A stretch of DNA of 64,000 nucleotides from Bacillota bacterium (GTDB lineage: Bacteria > Bacillota > SHA-98 > UBA4971), in the NCBI GenBank assembly GCA_012842395.1, contig DUSX01000029.1:109-64108 (forward strand), in the 5' to 3' direction. The position numbers and the translations under genes are program-made. The notes beneath the pieces were generated by a model. That model was not told the origin of the DNA. It was given only the letters and a program-made list of their open reading frames with translations, and ran no database searches. The first letter of the stretch is position 1. Every line of letters starts with the position of its first letter. This document shows, one piece after another, positions 29,262-41,387 of the stretch.

Positions 29262-29486
29262 CTGCCGCAAGTTTTCGTCTCCTTTCTTGCCGACGCCAGC
29301 GTTGCTGGTGCTTGCGCGACGGGGCGTGGAGGATTTGGCTATCTCGCGCGCCCGATTCGAACGAGGCGCGCCGCAAGCACGCCGTCCCCGGAGGGCGGCG
29401 CCGGCAACCCTGCGGAAAACCCCCGGGCTGACTGGGGAAGATTCCCGCGCTGAAAAGTGGCGCGAACTTTCGGCGATCTACATATT
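29262..29486 (-). repeat. Intergenic hairpin repeat element, copy B (reverse orientation, complete)
   Basis: Reverse complement of the copy A architecture: CAAGTTTTCGTCTCC...GTTGCTGGTGCTTG core CCGGCAACCC...CGCGAACTTTCGGCGATCTACATATT. Confidence 0.8.
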
Positions 29487-29504
29487 AGGAGGATATTGCC
29501 AAGC

Positions 29505-29792
29505 ATGGACTGGAAACTCTTTGCTCTCACCTTCACTACTCTTTTCCTGGCTGAGATGGGCGACAAGACGCAGCTTGCCGTGTTCACGCTGGTTGCCCAA
29601 CACCGCATGGTCATCCCGGTCTTCCTGGGTGCGTCCCTTGCCTTGTCCAGCGTCAGCCTCATTGGTGCCCTGTTCGGCGGCGTGATCTCCAGATTCCTCC
29701 CAGCGGAGTACATTCAGATCGCAGCCGGCATCCTTTTCATCGGGATGGGCGTGTTCATCTTGGTGCAGGCCATGGCCAAGCTGGTAGGGTAG
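29505..29792 (+). CDS. UPF0016 (GDT1/TMEM165-like) single-repeat membrane protein
   Basis: FLAEMGDKTQLAVFTLVA matches the E-x-G-D-K-T signature of UPF0016 cation transporters. Start set at MDWKL so that it does not overlap repeat copy B. Confidence 0.7.
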   Translation: MDWKLFALTFTTLFLAEMGDKTQLAVFTLVAQHRMVIPVFLGASLALSSVSLIGALFGGVISRFLPAEYIQIAAGILFIGMGVFILVQAMAKLVG

Positions 29793-29940
29793 CGGGTCGG
29801 ACGGGCGCAGCGGTAGCGGGGGAGTTGAGATGAGCGAGGAGCGATGAATGGGGCTTTGTCTCGTTCTTGCGTCTTGCGCTCCGAGGCTGCTCGACCGAGC
29901 TCGAGCCTCCGGGAGAGGCTGAAGGAGGGGAATCACGGGG

Positions 29941-30714
29941 ATGATCCTTGTACTCGACATTGGCAACACCAACATCGTTCTGGGGGTTTACGAGAACACG
30001 CGCCTGGTGACAAGCTCCCGCATGGCCACCGACCGGCTGAAGACCGCGGACGAGTACGCCATGCTCATCCGAGACCTTTTTTCGTACCACGGGCTTGATT
30101 TCACCGCAATAGACGGCGCTGCCATCTCGTGCGTCGTGCCTCCCGTCATCGGTACATTCGAGGATCTTGTGAGGCGCTATTTTCACTGTGAGCCTGTGGT
30201 CGTGGAGCCCGGGATCAAGACTGGCATAGTCATACGTTACGAGAATCCCAAGGAAGTTGGGGCGGACCGCATCGTCAATGCCGTGGCGGCTTACGAGAAG
30301 TACGGCGGCCCAGTGATCGTGGTAGATTTCGGCACCGCCACGACGTTTTGTGCCATATCCGCGGCCGGCGAGTACTTGGGCGGGGCCATCGCGCCCGGCA
30401 TCGGCATATCGAGTGAGGCGCTGTTCGCGCGCGCCGCAAAGCTCCCCCGTGTCGAGCTCGTGAAACCGAGGTCGGTTATCGGGCGCAGCACAGTTGCAAG
30501 CATGCAGGCAGGCATAATCTACGGGACAGTGGGGCTCGTCGACGGGATAGTGAAGAGGATGAAGCTCGAGATGGGAGGCGATGCCCGCGTGGTGGCTACC
30601 GGGGGCTTCGCGCCGCTCATCGCGGAGGATTCATCCGAGATAGACGTGCTCGAGCCCAACCTTACCCTGGAAGGCCTGCGCATGATCTTCGAGAAGAATC
30701 GGCCGTGTCCTTGA
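29941..30714 (+). CDS. coaX: Type III pantothenate kinase
   Basis: [17 protein letters not shown]...[30 protein letters not shown]...AIAPG are CoaX motifs. AAGGAGGGG RBS. Confidence 0.9.
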   Translation: MILVLDIGNTNIVLGVYENTRLVTSSRMATDRLKTADEYAMLIRDLFSYHGLDFTAIDGAAISCVVPPVIGTFEDLVRRYFHCEPVVVEPGIKTGIVIRYENPKEVGADRIVNAVAAYEKYGGPVIVVDFGTATTFCAISAAGEYLGGAIAPGIGISSEALFARAAKLPRVELVKPRSVIGRSTVASMQAGIIYGTVGLVDGIVKRMKLEMGGDARVVATGGFAPLIAEDSSEIDVLEPNLTLEGLRMIFEKNRPCP

Positions 30715-30715
30715 T

Positions 30716-32908
30716 TTGGGGAGTGAACGGGGTCTGAGAAACTCAGCTCAGCAGCTCGAGAAAGCCATTACCGTAGGTCTTGAGGTAGCGGGCTCCCGGA
30801 GGTGGGAGGTCGAGGACTCCCTTGATGAACTCGACCGGCTCGCGGAGACGGCGGGTGCCGAGGTGGTCGGGAGGGTGGTCCAGAGGCGGGCGTCGCCTGA
30901 CCCCGCTACGTATATAGGCGAGGGGAAAGCCCGGGAGATCGCGGCCCTTGCGATCGTGGCCCACGCTGACCTGGTTATCTTCGATGACGAACTCAGCCCC
31001 GCCCAACAACGCAATCTCGAGGAGATCATAGGGATCAAGGTCATCGACCGCACCTGGCTCATCCTCGACATCTTCGCCTCAAGGGCCGCGAGCAAGGAAG
31101 GCAAGATCCAGGTCGAGCTCGCCCAGCTTTCTTACTTACTCCCGCGGCTCACAGGCAAGGGCGTCGAGCTTTCGAGGCTCGGCGGCGGCATCGGCACCCG
31201 TGGGCCTGGGGAGACGAAGCTCGAGACAGACAGGCGCCGGATTAGAAAGCGCATCGCGGTCCTCCGCGGCGAGCTCGCCGAGATAGCGGCGCGGCGAGGG
31301 CTGCAGCGTTCCCGCCGCAAGGAAGCGGGGATACCCGTGGTTTCGCTGGTCGGCTACACCAATGCCGGCAAGTCCACGCTCTTCAACGCCCTCACCGAGT
31401 CGCAGGTCCTCGCGGAGGACAAACTTTTCGCCACGTTGGACCCGACGATACGCAGGTGTCGCCTGCCGGGAGGCGGGGTGGTGCTCCTTGCAGACACCGT
31501 GGGCTTCATTCGTAAGCTGCCCCACGATCTCGTGGCGGCATTCCGCGCCACCCTGGAGGAAGTCGCCGAAGCCGATGTCATCTGTCACGTGGTGGACGCG
31601 AGTCACCCCGGCAAGGACGAGCAGTGTGCGGCGGTGAACGCGGTCCTCGCCGACCTCGGCCTTCAGGACAAGCCGATGGTCACCGTCCTCAACAAGATAG
31701 ACCTCGTCGAAGGGGACATCAAGAGAGAACGCTTGCGTGTGGAGCACCCCGGTGCGGTGCTGATCTCCGCCGCCGAGCGATGGGGCCTGTCTGACCTGCT
31801 TCGAGCGATCGAGGACACGCTTCCTCCGACGGGACGGCGAGGTGGCCCGCAAGCCGAGCCCGGTTCCCGCGCGGCAGTAAGCGGGGCGCATGCCTCAGGC
31901 GCAACTGAGCTACGCGGCGGTTCACGCGCCGTTTCCATCTCCATCGGCGATGTTGCTCTGGCGGCTCCCGTAGTGCTTGCGCCCATGGCGGGGGTGACCG
32001 ACCTCGCCTACCGGGTGCTCGCGAAGGAGATGGGGTGCGCTCTGGTATACACGGAAATGATCTCCGACAAGGCCCTCATCTTCCACAACGAGCGGACCTT
32101 CGAGCTCGTGCGGATCTCGGACCTCGAAAGACCCGTGGCGGTTCAGCTGTTCGGGAGCGATCCCGAGAGCATGGCGAGCGCAGCCGCCATCGTTCGGGAC
32201 CGGGTCCATCCCGACATCATCGACATCAACATGGGATGCCCGACGCCGAAGATTGTCAGGAACGGCGAAGGGGCCGCGCTCATGCGGGACGTGCCCCTCG
32301 CACAGGATATCGTCGCGGCTGTAGTCGGGGTGGCGGGGGTTCCAGTGACGGTGAAGATGAGAAAGGGCTGGGACAGGGAGCACGTCAACGCCGTCGAACT
32401 CGCGCAGGCGGTGGAGGCTGCCGGCGCGGCCGCCGTTGCGGTGCACGGTCGCACCCGTGACCAGTTCTATTCCGGCGAGGCTGACTGGAGCATCATCAAG
32501 GATGTGAAGGAGGCCGTCGGAATCCCCGTTATCGGCAACGGGGACGTCCGGTCGGGGGAGGACGCCGCGCGTATGCTCGAGGAGACGGGCTGCGACGCGG
32601 TTATGATAGGCAGGGCGGCGCTCGGGAATCCTTGGATATTCAGGGAAGTCGCTATCTATCTCGCGACAGGCCGGAAGGTGCCGCCGCCTTCGCTTGCTGA
32701 GCGAGCCGCCATGGCCATCCGCCACCTTGACATGATGATCGAGCTTTTCGGGGAGAAAAGCGCCGTTCTTCAGATGAGGAAACACGCAGCGTGGTACCTC
32801 CGCGGCATCCCCGGCGCGGCCCAGGCTCGAGTGCGGATAAACGCTGCGAAGACCAGGGCTGAGATGGTGGAAGCCGTGACCTCGGTCCTTGGTGACCCCT
32901 GGAGCTAA
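30716..32908 (+). CDS. Apparent in-frame fusion of GTPase HflX (N-terminal ~390 aa) and tRNA-dihydrouridine synthase Dus (C-terminal ~330 aa)
   Basis: Single 730-aa ORF. HflX part: N-domain plus G-domain ([28 protein letters not shown]). After a Gly/Arg/Ala/Ser linker, Dus part: [32 protein letters not shown]...[12 protein letters not shown]...[10 protein letters not shown]. Confidence 0.75.
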   Translation: MGSERGLRNSAQQLEKAITVGLEVAGSRRWEVEDSLDELDRLAETAGAEVVGRVVQRRASPDPATYIGEGKAREIAALAIVAHADLVIFDDELSPAQQRNLEEIIGIKVIDRTWLILDIFASRAASKEGKIQVELAQLSYLLPRLTGKGVELSRLGGGIGTRGPGETKLETDRRRIRKRIAVLRGELAEIAARRGLQRSRRKEAGIPVVSLVGYTNAGKSTLFNALTESQVLAEDKLFATLDPTIRRCRLPGGGVVLLADTVGFIRKLPHDLVAAFRATLEEVAEADVICHVVDASHPGKDEQCAAVNAVLADLGLQDKPMVTVLNKIDLVEGDIKRERLRVEHPGAVLISAAERWGLSDLLRAIEDTLPPTGRRGGPQAEPGSRAAVSGAHASGATELRGGSRAVSISIGDVALAAPVVLAPMAGVTDLAYRVLAKEMGCALVYTEMISDKALIFHNERTFELVRISDLERPVAVQLFGSDPESMASAAAIVRDRVHPDIIDINMGCPTPKIVRNGEGAALMRDVPLAQDIVAAVVGVAGVPVTVKMRKGWDREHVNAVELAQAVEAAGAAAVAVHGRTRDQFYSGEADWSIIKDVKEAVGIPVIGNGDVRSGEDAARMLEETGCDAVMIGRAALGNPWIFREVAIYLATGRKVPPPSLAERAAMAIRHLDMMIELFGEKSAVLQMRKHAAWYLRGIPGAAQARVRINAAKTRAEMVEAVTSVLGDPWS

Positions 32909-33131
32909 TTGAGGTTGCATCGGTCTCTGCCCCATTCCCGTCGGTTGCCGGGTTGCCGGCGTTGCACTCTGGGACGCCGCCACGATCAGGGCGCGCTTCG
33001 CCAAAACCCGAGTTTGCGTTTTCGGGAGCATCCTGCTAGAATGTGAGTGTGCACAATAATGTAAACATGGCTCCAGCGGGAATGCCGTCGGTGCGTGCTC
33101 GCGCTGGACGCGCACCGAAGGCAGACAGGGG

Positions 33132-33668
33132 GTGATGCGGCTGGAGCTCATCCGCATCGGCGATAAAGTCGTGGATAAGGCGCGGTTGTACAAGGCCATC
33201 GACAAGATCCTCGAGCTCCGCGTGAAGGGCCTCTCGCAACAGGAGACCGCGGAGCAGGTAGGCATCGACAGGGCTTTCGTGTCCCGCCTGGAGAGCCTCG
33301 GCGAGGTTCGTAAAGGCGCGCGCGTCGCGATCGTGGGGTTCCCGGTGGGGAACAAAGAGGAGATCCGCAAAGTAGCGGAGGAGGAAGGCGTGGATTTCGT
33401 CCTCCTTCTGAACGACGTTGAACGGTGGGCCTATCTCAGGGAGAGGTCGGGGCAAGAGGTCTTCAACGAGATCATGGCCATAATCACGAGGCTCAAGACA
33501 TACGACGCCGTCGTTTTCATAGGGTCCGACATGCGGGTGGGCCTTGTGGAATCCATTCTCGGCGACCGGGTGATCGGGATCGAGGTCGGAACGTCCCCGA
33601 TTAAGGGCGACCGTTATGTGGACCCGGAGTCCATCCGCAACATCCTTCGCAGCATAACAACGCCATAG
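33132..33668 (+). CDS. Hypothetical protein: N-terminal HTH (sigma-70 region-4-like) plus alpha/beta domain
   Basis: LSQQETAEQVGIDRAFVSRLESLG is a helix-turn-helix. The C-terminal half (ARVAIVGFPVGNKEEIRKVAEEEGVDFVLLLND...) is an uncharacterised alpha/beta domain. Confidence 0.5.
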   Translation: MMRLELIRIGDKVVDKARLYKAIDKILELRVKGLSQQETAEQVGIDRAFVSRLESLGEVRKGARVAIVGFPVGNKEEIRKVAEEEGVDFVLLLNDVERWAYLRERSGQEVFNEIMAIITRLKTYDAVVFIGSDMRVGLVESILGDRVIGIEVGTSPIKGDRYVDPESIRNILRSITTP

Positions 33669-33734
33669 CCGCGGCGGCAGCGTCGCGCAATTAGTCGCAC
33701 AAGCCTACAAGATGGGAGTGGGGGGCAGGTTCGC

Positions 33735-34637
33735 ATGAAGCACGTTGTCAGCGTAAGTCTGGGCTCGTCCAAGCGCGACCACAAAGCCACGGTCATTCTG
33801 CTCGGCGAGGAAGTCGTGATCGAGAGGCGCGGGACCGATGGGGACATCCGGAGAGCTATTGATCTCATTCGAAGCCTGGATGGCAAAGTGGACGCCTTTG
33901 GCATGGGCGGCACGGATCTCTGGTTTTACGTGGGACGGAGGCGGTACATGGTTCGTGATGCGGTCCCGATAGCACGTGCTGCCAGCAAGACTCCCATCGC
34001 CGACGGGAGCATGCTGAAAGGCGTGATCGAGCGCAGGGCGGTCGAGTATATTCGTGACGAGATGAAGATGCCCCTCGCGGGCAAGAACGCTCTTATCGTG
34101 TGCGCCCTGGACAGGTTCGGCATGGCGTCAGCTCTCCTCGAATCCGGGTGTCACATGATGTACGGAGATCTGGCGTTCGGTCTCGGCATACCCATATTCC
34201 TGAGATCTCTTTCCACGTTCGAGACGCTTGTAACCGTCCTCATGCCGGTGATACGGCTTCTCCCCATCAAGATGCTATACCCTACAGGCAAGAGCCAGGA
34301 ACGCGTGGTGCCGAAGTTCGGGAAGGCGTACGGGTGGGCGGACATCATCGGGGGGGACTGCCATTTCATCAAGAAACACATGCCCGACGACCTCACGGGG
34401 AAGGTTATCATAACGAACACCGTCACCCGCGATGACGTGGAAGCGTTTAGAAAGAGAGGGGTGAAGACGCTGGTGGCGTCGACCCCAGAGATCGAGGGCA
34501 GGTCGTTCGCAACGAACGTCATGGACGCGGTGTTCGTTGCTCTGACTGGCCGGCGACCGGAGGAGTTCACGCCTTCGGACTACCTGGACCTCATCAGGCG
34601 ATTGGAGATGAAGCCCAGAGTGGAGACGCTGAACTAG
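33735..34637 (+). CDS. Hypothetical protein (uncharacterised two-domain alpha/beta protein)
   Basis: 300 aa. MKHVVSVSLGSSKRDHKATVILLGEEVVIERRGTDGD...ALIVCALDRFG...GGDCHFIKKHMPDDLTGKVIITNTV. No confident family assignment. Co-oriented with the upstream HTH gene. Confidence 0.5.
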   Translation: MKHVVSVSLGSSKRDHKATVILLGEEVVIERRGTDGDIRRAIDLIRSLDGKVDAFGMGGTDLWFYVGRRRYMVRDAVPIARAASKTPIADGSMLKGVIERRAVEYIRDEMKMPLAGKNALIVCALDRFGMASALLESGCHMMYGDLAFGLGIPIFLRSLSTFETLVTVLMPVIRLLPIKMLYPTGKSQERVVPKFGKAYGWADIIGGDCHFIKKHMPDDLTGKVIITNTVTRDDVEAFRKRGVKTLVASTPEIEGRSFATNVMDAVFVALTGRRPEEFTPSDYLDLIRRLEMKPRVETLN

Positions 34638-34804
34638 CCGGTCTTGCGGTCCTGACCGAGGCTTGACAACGGCGGGAGCACACGACATAATAATGGCATG
34701 CGAAAAGGGGCATCGCGCAACGGGCCCGGGCGCGCGAGATGGCGCCGGGGCAGGTTGCGCGATGTCCGGATGTACATGGGCCGGTTAAGGGAGGAACCTG
34801 CTTG

Positions 34805-36884
<2,080 letters not shown>

Positions 36885-36941
36885 TCAAGGACTCGGAGCA
36901 CTCAAAGTGCCTGAGCTCTCGACGACGTTCCGGACGTAAGA

Positions 36942-36985
36942 CAGGGGTTACGCGATGAGCAGTCGCGGAACCCCTGCTTTTTATT
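36942..36985 (+). terminator. Rho-independent terminator after lysS
   Basis: CAGGGGTTACGCGA...TCGCGGAACCCCTG stem followed by CTTTTTATT. Confidence 0.7.
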
Positions 36986-37086
36986 CTCCGAAGCCTGCAC
37001 CAGTAGAAGGATTTCCGGGTCAGGCGGCGAATCATGTTGCTGTGGATGAACAAGTGTGCTGAACATATGTGCAAAGGAGGATCCCG

Positions 37087-38034
37087 GTGTCTTTCGATAA
37101 GAGGGTTCTCTACGAGATCGCTCACCAGTACTATGAGCTCGAGCGCACGCAACAGGAGATCGCGAAAAGCCTGGGCATATCCAGGAGCCAGGTGTCGCGT
37201 GCGCTACAACAGGCGCGCGAGGCCGGGATAGTGCTCCTGAAGGTCATAGATCCGGATGAAGACTACAGCGACCTTGCGCGGGCGCTGAGGGAGCGGTTCG
37301 GCCTCAAGGACGCTGTGGTAATAGGAGGAGTCGACTCCCCGCGCTTGCTTGCACAGAACCTGGGGCGTGCTGCTGCGAGCTACCTCGCCCATTGCGTCAA
37401 GGAGCGTTCGGTGATCGGCGTATCGTGGGGAGCTACGCTGCGTGAAGTCGCGGCGGCGCTCGGTGCCGCAATACCATCGGCCCTCAATGTGACGGTTGTG
37501 CCCTTGCTGGGAGGGCTTGGACAGGTAGCAGCTGACCTCCAGATCAACGAGCTTGCCGCGCGAGTGGCGACCGCACTCGGAGGGGTCAACTTCTACCTCC
37601 ATGCACCGTCGTTTGTTGACACTCCTGAGGCGAAGGCGGCCATCATGGCTGATAGCAATATAAAGAGAGTCGTAGAGCTGTGGGAACGCGTGGACGTAGC
37701 TTTGGTCGGAGTGGGAACCTTCAGGCCGCCTTCGACCCTCCTCGAGAGAGGCGGTTTTCCCGATGCAGAGCTCCGCGAGCTGCGAGGGATCGGCGCAGTA
37801 GGGGACATGTGCATGCGCTTCTTTGACATCCATGGGACGCCGTTGGAGACGTCGCTTAACGACAGGATCGTCGGGGTGACTCTCGAGGAGCTCAGCCGTA
37901 TGGGGTGCGTCATAGCTGTCGCTGGCGGGGCAAACAAGACCGAGGCAATCCTCGGAGCGCTCCGCAGCAGGGTCGTGGACGTGATCATCACAGACGACGC
38001 TGCGGCGAGAGGGGTGATGTCACTGGCCGAGTGA
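37087..38034 (+). CDS. SorC/DeoR-family sugar-phosphate-responsive transcriptional regulator
   Basis: N-terminal HTH (QQEIAKSLGISRSQVSRALQQAREAGIV) plus SorC sugar-binding domain (VIGVSWGATL...LLGG). GTG start with AAAGGAGGA RBS. Confidence 0.8.
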   Translation: MSFDKRVLYEIAHQYYELERTQQEIAKSLGISRSQVSRALQQAREAGIVLLKVIDPDEDYSDLARALRERFGLKDAVVIGGVDSPRLLAQNLGRAAASYLAHCVKERSVIGVSWGATLREVAAALGAAIPSALNVTVVPLLGGLGQVAADLQINELAARVATALGGVNFYLHAPSFVDTPEAKAAIMADSNIKRVVELWERVDVALVGVGTFRPPSTLLERGGFPDAELRELRGIGAVGDMCMRFFDIHGTPLETSLNDRIVGVTLEELSRMGCVIAVAGGANKTEAILGALRSRVVDVIITDDAAARGVMSLAE

Positions 38035-38085
38035 AGCGTGGCAGGCTGTACACTCCATATCTGAGCTTGACTGGAGGTGTCTTTC

Positions 38086-38703
38086 ATGGGGCTTGGTCAG
38101 GGGGCCCTCGGTCTTGGAGTGTCCTACCTTCTTGCCGTTGGCTATCTCGTTCTCATGTGGGTCATCGGGCGATACCTTTCAGCGCATTATCCTGAGGAAC
38201 ACAGGGTCCGCTGGGACACGAGGACGATCGCCAGGGTCACCATCCTGGCCGCGGTGTCTGGCGCCGGTGCGATGATAAAGGTGCCTGGGCCAGCCACCAC
38301 GATAGCTCTGGATGCGGCAGCGGGCTACTTTGCGGCAGTGTTCTTCGGCTGGCCGGTGGGTGCGACGGTGGCCGCAATTGGGTGCTTTATCAGCAACGCT
38401 CTCGGCGGCTTCGCTAGCTGGCTGCCCATGGTGCCGATATACCTCTCAGGGATGGCATTGACTGTGACACTCACCGCGTTCATGGCGAAGAAGGCGGGGG
38501 TGGTGTCGGCCGTCATAGTCGGCACGATCGCCAATACGGTAACATGTCTTGGACCCTGGGTCATCATGATTGGCCTGCCCCTTATGATCGCGATCCTTCC
38601 TTCGCAGATCATTGGATCTGCAGCGAACGCTGCGATCGGTCTGGCTGTGGCTGGGATGCTGAAAACGGCACAGCACAGAAAGCGGCCGGAGCAGGTGGTA
38701 TAG
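38086..38703 (+). CDS. ECF transporter substrate-specific (S) component, specificity unknown
   Basis: About 205 aa with six hydrophobic helices, small Gly/Ala-rich TMs typical of ECF S-components. Directly upstream of the fused EcfA1A2 and EcfT genes. Confidence 0.65.
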   Translation: MGLGQGALGLGVSYLLAVGYLVLMWVIGRYLSAHYPEEHRVRWDTRTIARVTILAAVSGAGAMIKVPGPATTIALDAAAGYFAAVFFGWPVGATVAAIGCFISNALGGFASWLPMVPIYLSGMALTVTLTAFMAKKAGVVSAVIVGTIANTVTCLGPWVIMIGLPLMIAILPSQIIGSAANAAIGLAVAGMLKTAQHRKRPEQVV

Positions 38704-38757
38704 GGGCGCCGCCAGCGAGTTCCAGCCAGTTCACGCATAGCCGCAGTTGGTGAAGAG

Positions 38758-40554
38758 GTGTTCCATTTGACAGACAAGGCCGTATGCTTGAAGAACGTGA
38801 GGTTCAGGTACAAGGGCTCCAATCGCTGGGTGCTGGATGGTGTCTCACTCGACGTCGCAAGGGGTGAGTGCGTGGCTGTGCTGGGCCCCACAGGCTCGGG
38901 AAAGAGCACCCTGTGCGGAGTGATGAATGGCACGGTGCCCCTCTTCCTCGAGGGTGACCTCCAGGGCGATGTGCTCGTGGACGGCATGGTGCCCGCGAAG
39001 GTGGGCACCGCGAAGATGGCGGCTCATGTGGGGCTTGTTTTCGGCGATCCTGACATGCAACTCTTCGGCATGACGGTGGAAGAGGACGTAGCCTTCGGGC
39101 CGGCAAACCTCGGGCTGGACTATCCCACGATCATGGAGCGTGTTCACAAGAGCCTCGTTGATATGCGCCTTACAGGCCTCGAAAGGCGCGCTCCGTACAG
39201 GCTGTCCGGCGGGGAAAGGCAGGCCACGGCCATCGCCGGGGTATACGCAATGCTGCCTGACATCATGGTCCTTGACGAGCCCACATCCATGCTCGACCCG
39301 CAGGGCAAGGCCAGTGTCTTCTCGATTATCAAACGATTGAAAGAAGAGCTGGGGATCACGGTCATCCTCGTCGAACAGGAGGTCGACGATGTTCTCGAGC
39401 TTGCGGACAGGGTATTCGTGATGAACGCGGGCAGATTCGTGCTGCAGGGCACGCCTCGCGAGGTCTTCGGGCGCGTCGCTGAGGTGGCGGCCGCTGGGGT
39501 CCGTGTTCCGCACGTGGTGAGATTCGGCACCCTGCTTGGTGCGGAAAGGGTCCCGTTCACGCTGGACGAGGCCGTCCAACTCGTGGAGAGCGGCGGTTGG
39601 CTGAGTGGCGCTTGGCGGGACACCAGCGACGACGCCGGCGCTGGCGGCGAGAAAGGCACGACCACGACCGCAGGCCACACGTCGAACGCTGTGAGCGGGG
39701 CAACCTCCCCAGGGCACCCGCTGGGTGATGTGATCATCGAAGTGAAGGGCCTCGAGCACAGGTACCCCCAGGGTGCGCTTGCGCTGCGGGGCGTCGACTT
39801 GACCGTACGAGAGGGGGAGTTCATCGCCATAATCGGCCAAAACGGCGCGGGCAAGACCACGTTGACGCGCCATCTCAACGGCCTGTTGAAGCCCACTGCA
39901 GGCGACGTAAGAATCGGCGGCAGGTCAATCAAGGACCTAACGGCAGCGCAGGTTTCGCGCACCGTGGGCTATGTGTTCCAGAACCCCGATGAGCAGCTGT
40001 TCTGCAACAGCGTAGAGGAAGAGCTGCGTTTCGGTCCCGGTAACGTGGGTCTCACCGGTGAGGAACTTGACCGACGGGTCGAGGAGATCCTGCAGGACAT
40101 CGGGCTAGCCGGGTATCGCGAGGTCTGGCCCAAATACCTCACGAAGGGCGAGCGGCAGAGGCTGGCTCTGGCTTCGGTAGTGGCCATGGACCCTGCCATA
40201 CTCATCGTGGACGAGCCGACCACCGGCCTTGACTGGCTCGAATCCCTGCAAATCATGGACTACCTGAAGAGACTCCACGATGACCGGGGCAAGACGGTTC
40301 TCATAATCACGCACGACATGAACATTGTCAGCCTATATGCCAGACGCGTGGTTGTCATGGCGGGCGGTCGTGTGGTCGGCGATGGTTCGCCGCAGGAAGT
40401 GTTCTCGAACCCTGGCCTTATGGCGAAGGCGAACCTGAAACCACCTGCCATTGCGGAGCTATCGGTGAGGTTGTGCGGCCAGGTGGCCCTTACGCCGGAA
40501 GAGGCGGTTGAGACGCTAATGCACTTGAAAGGCGCAAGGGAGGGCTTGCAGTGA
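38758..40554 (+). CDS. ECF transporter fused ATPase (EcfA1-EcfA2, two ABC domains)
   Basis: Two Walker A sites (GPTGSGKSTL; GQNGAGKTTL), two signature motifs (LSGGERQ; LTKGERQ) and two Walker B/D-loops. Confidence 0.85.
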   Translation: MFHLTDKAVCLKNVRFRYKGSNRWVLDGVSLDVARGECVAVLGPTGSGKSTLCGVMNGTVPLFLEGDLQGDVLVDGMVPAKVGTAKMAAHVGLVFGDPDMQLFGMTVEEDVAFGPANLGLDYPTIMERVHKSLVDMRLTGLERRAPYRLSGGERQATAIAGVYAMLPDIMVLDEPTSMLDPQGKASVFSIIKRLKEELGITVILVEQEVDDVLELADRVFVMNAGRFVLQGTPREVFGRVAEVAAAGVRVPHVVRFGTLLGAERVPFTLDEAVQLVESGGWLSGAWRDTSDDAGAGGEKGTTTTAGHTSNAVSGATSPGHPLGDVIIEVKGLEHRYPQGALALRGVDLTVREGEFIAIIGQNGAGKTTLTRHLNGLLKPTAGDVRIGGRSIKDLTAAQVSRTVGYVFQNPDEQLFCNSVEEELRFGPGNVGLTGEELDRRVEEILQDIGLAGYREVWPKYLTKGERQRLALASVVAMDPAILIVDEPTTGLDWLESLQIMDYLKRLHDDRGKTVLIITHDMNIVSLYARRVVVMAGGRVVGDGSPQEVFSNPGLMAKANLKPPAIAELSVRLCGQVALTPEEAVETLMHLKGAREGLQ

Positions 40555-41384
40555 TAGTCGAGTATGAAAGCAAGAACACCCCTATCCACTCGCTCGACCC
40601 GAGGGCCAAGATTCTCTGGTTGCTCGTGGTGGTGGTTATCAGCGTCATCTGGTCGGACCCGGTATACCTCTTCGGGCTTGCCGTGAGCGTCTTCATCTTC
40701 GGCGCCTTCGCCAGGTTCCCGTGGGAGAAGCTGAAAGGCCTCGCAGTATTCCTCACGGTGATGGCGGTGATCATCACCCTCGCGCAGGGTGTGACGTACA
40801 CGCCAGCGGTTGCCCACCTAAAGGAGCCCGGCCGTGTGCTATTCCACATTATACCGGCGTGGGTGCCGGGCGTGGGCCCAGCATGGCCTGTCAAGCTCGG
40901 TGGGTTTCTCTACGGCATCGGTATGACTCTCAAGGTTTTCACCGTTCTGGTGGCAGTGGCTGTGCTTGGGTATGTTACTTCGCCATCAGAGATAGTGCAG
41001 CTTATCGCGAGGATTCCCAAAATGCCCTATCAGGTCGGGTTCATAGTCTCCACAGCATGGAAATTCGTGCCGGTCGTCCAGGCCCAGATCAGGTCGCTCA
41101 TGGACGCTCACAAATCCAAGGGGGTCGAGCTCGACAGGGGCAGTTTCGTGGAGAGACTCAAGAAGACGTCACGGGTGGTGTCCCCTCTGTTTGCGAATGC
41201 GCTCTCCATGGCTGACACGCTTGCCCTCGCGATGGAATCGCGCGCTTTCGGCTCAAGCAAGCGGTTCACGTTCCTGCGGCCGTACAGGTTCAAGGCGCTC
41301 GACTACGTGGTGGTTCTGGCGTGCCTGGGTGCGGCAATCACAAGCATAGCGGGCCTTGCCCTCTATAAGGTGGGATCGCTCTAA
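40551..41384 (+). CDS. ecfT: ECF transporter transmembrane (T) component, CbiQ family
   Basis: LDPRAKILWLLVVVVISV... is the CbiQ/EcfT topology. GTG start overlaps the ATPase stop. Confidence 0.8.
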   Translation: MIVEYESKNTPIHSLDPRAKILWLLVVVVISVIWSDPVYLFGLAVSVFIFGAFARFPWEKLKGLAVFLTVMAVIITLAQGVTYTPAVAHLKEPGRVLFHIIPAWVPGVGPAWPVKLGGFLYGIGMTLKVFTVLVAVAVLGYVTSPSEIVQLIARIPKMPYQVGFIVSTAWKFVPVVQAQIRSLMDAHKSKGVELDRGSFVERLKKTSRVVSPLFANALSMADTLALAMESRAFGSSKRFTFLRPYRFKALDYVVVLACLGAAITSIAGLALYKVGSL

Positions 41385-41387
41385 CGT

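Noticed and set aside
31136-33370. Minus-strand ORFs of 251 and 482 aa overlapping the HflX-Dus ORF
   Set aside because: They are antisense to an ORF with complete HflX and Dus motif sets. His/Arg/Pro-rich low complexity.
38845-39962. 342-aa and 272-aa minus-strand ORFs inside the ECF ATPase gene
   Set aside because: They are antisense to a gene with two complete ABC motif sets.
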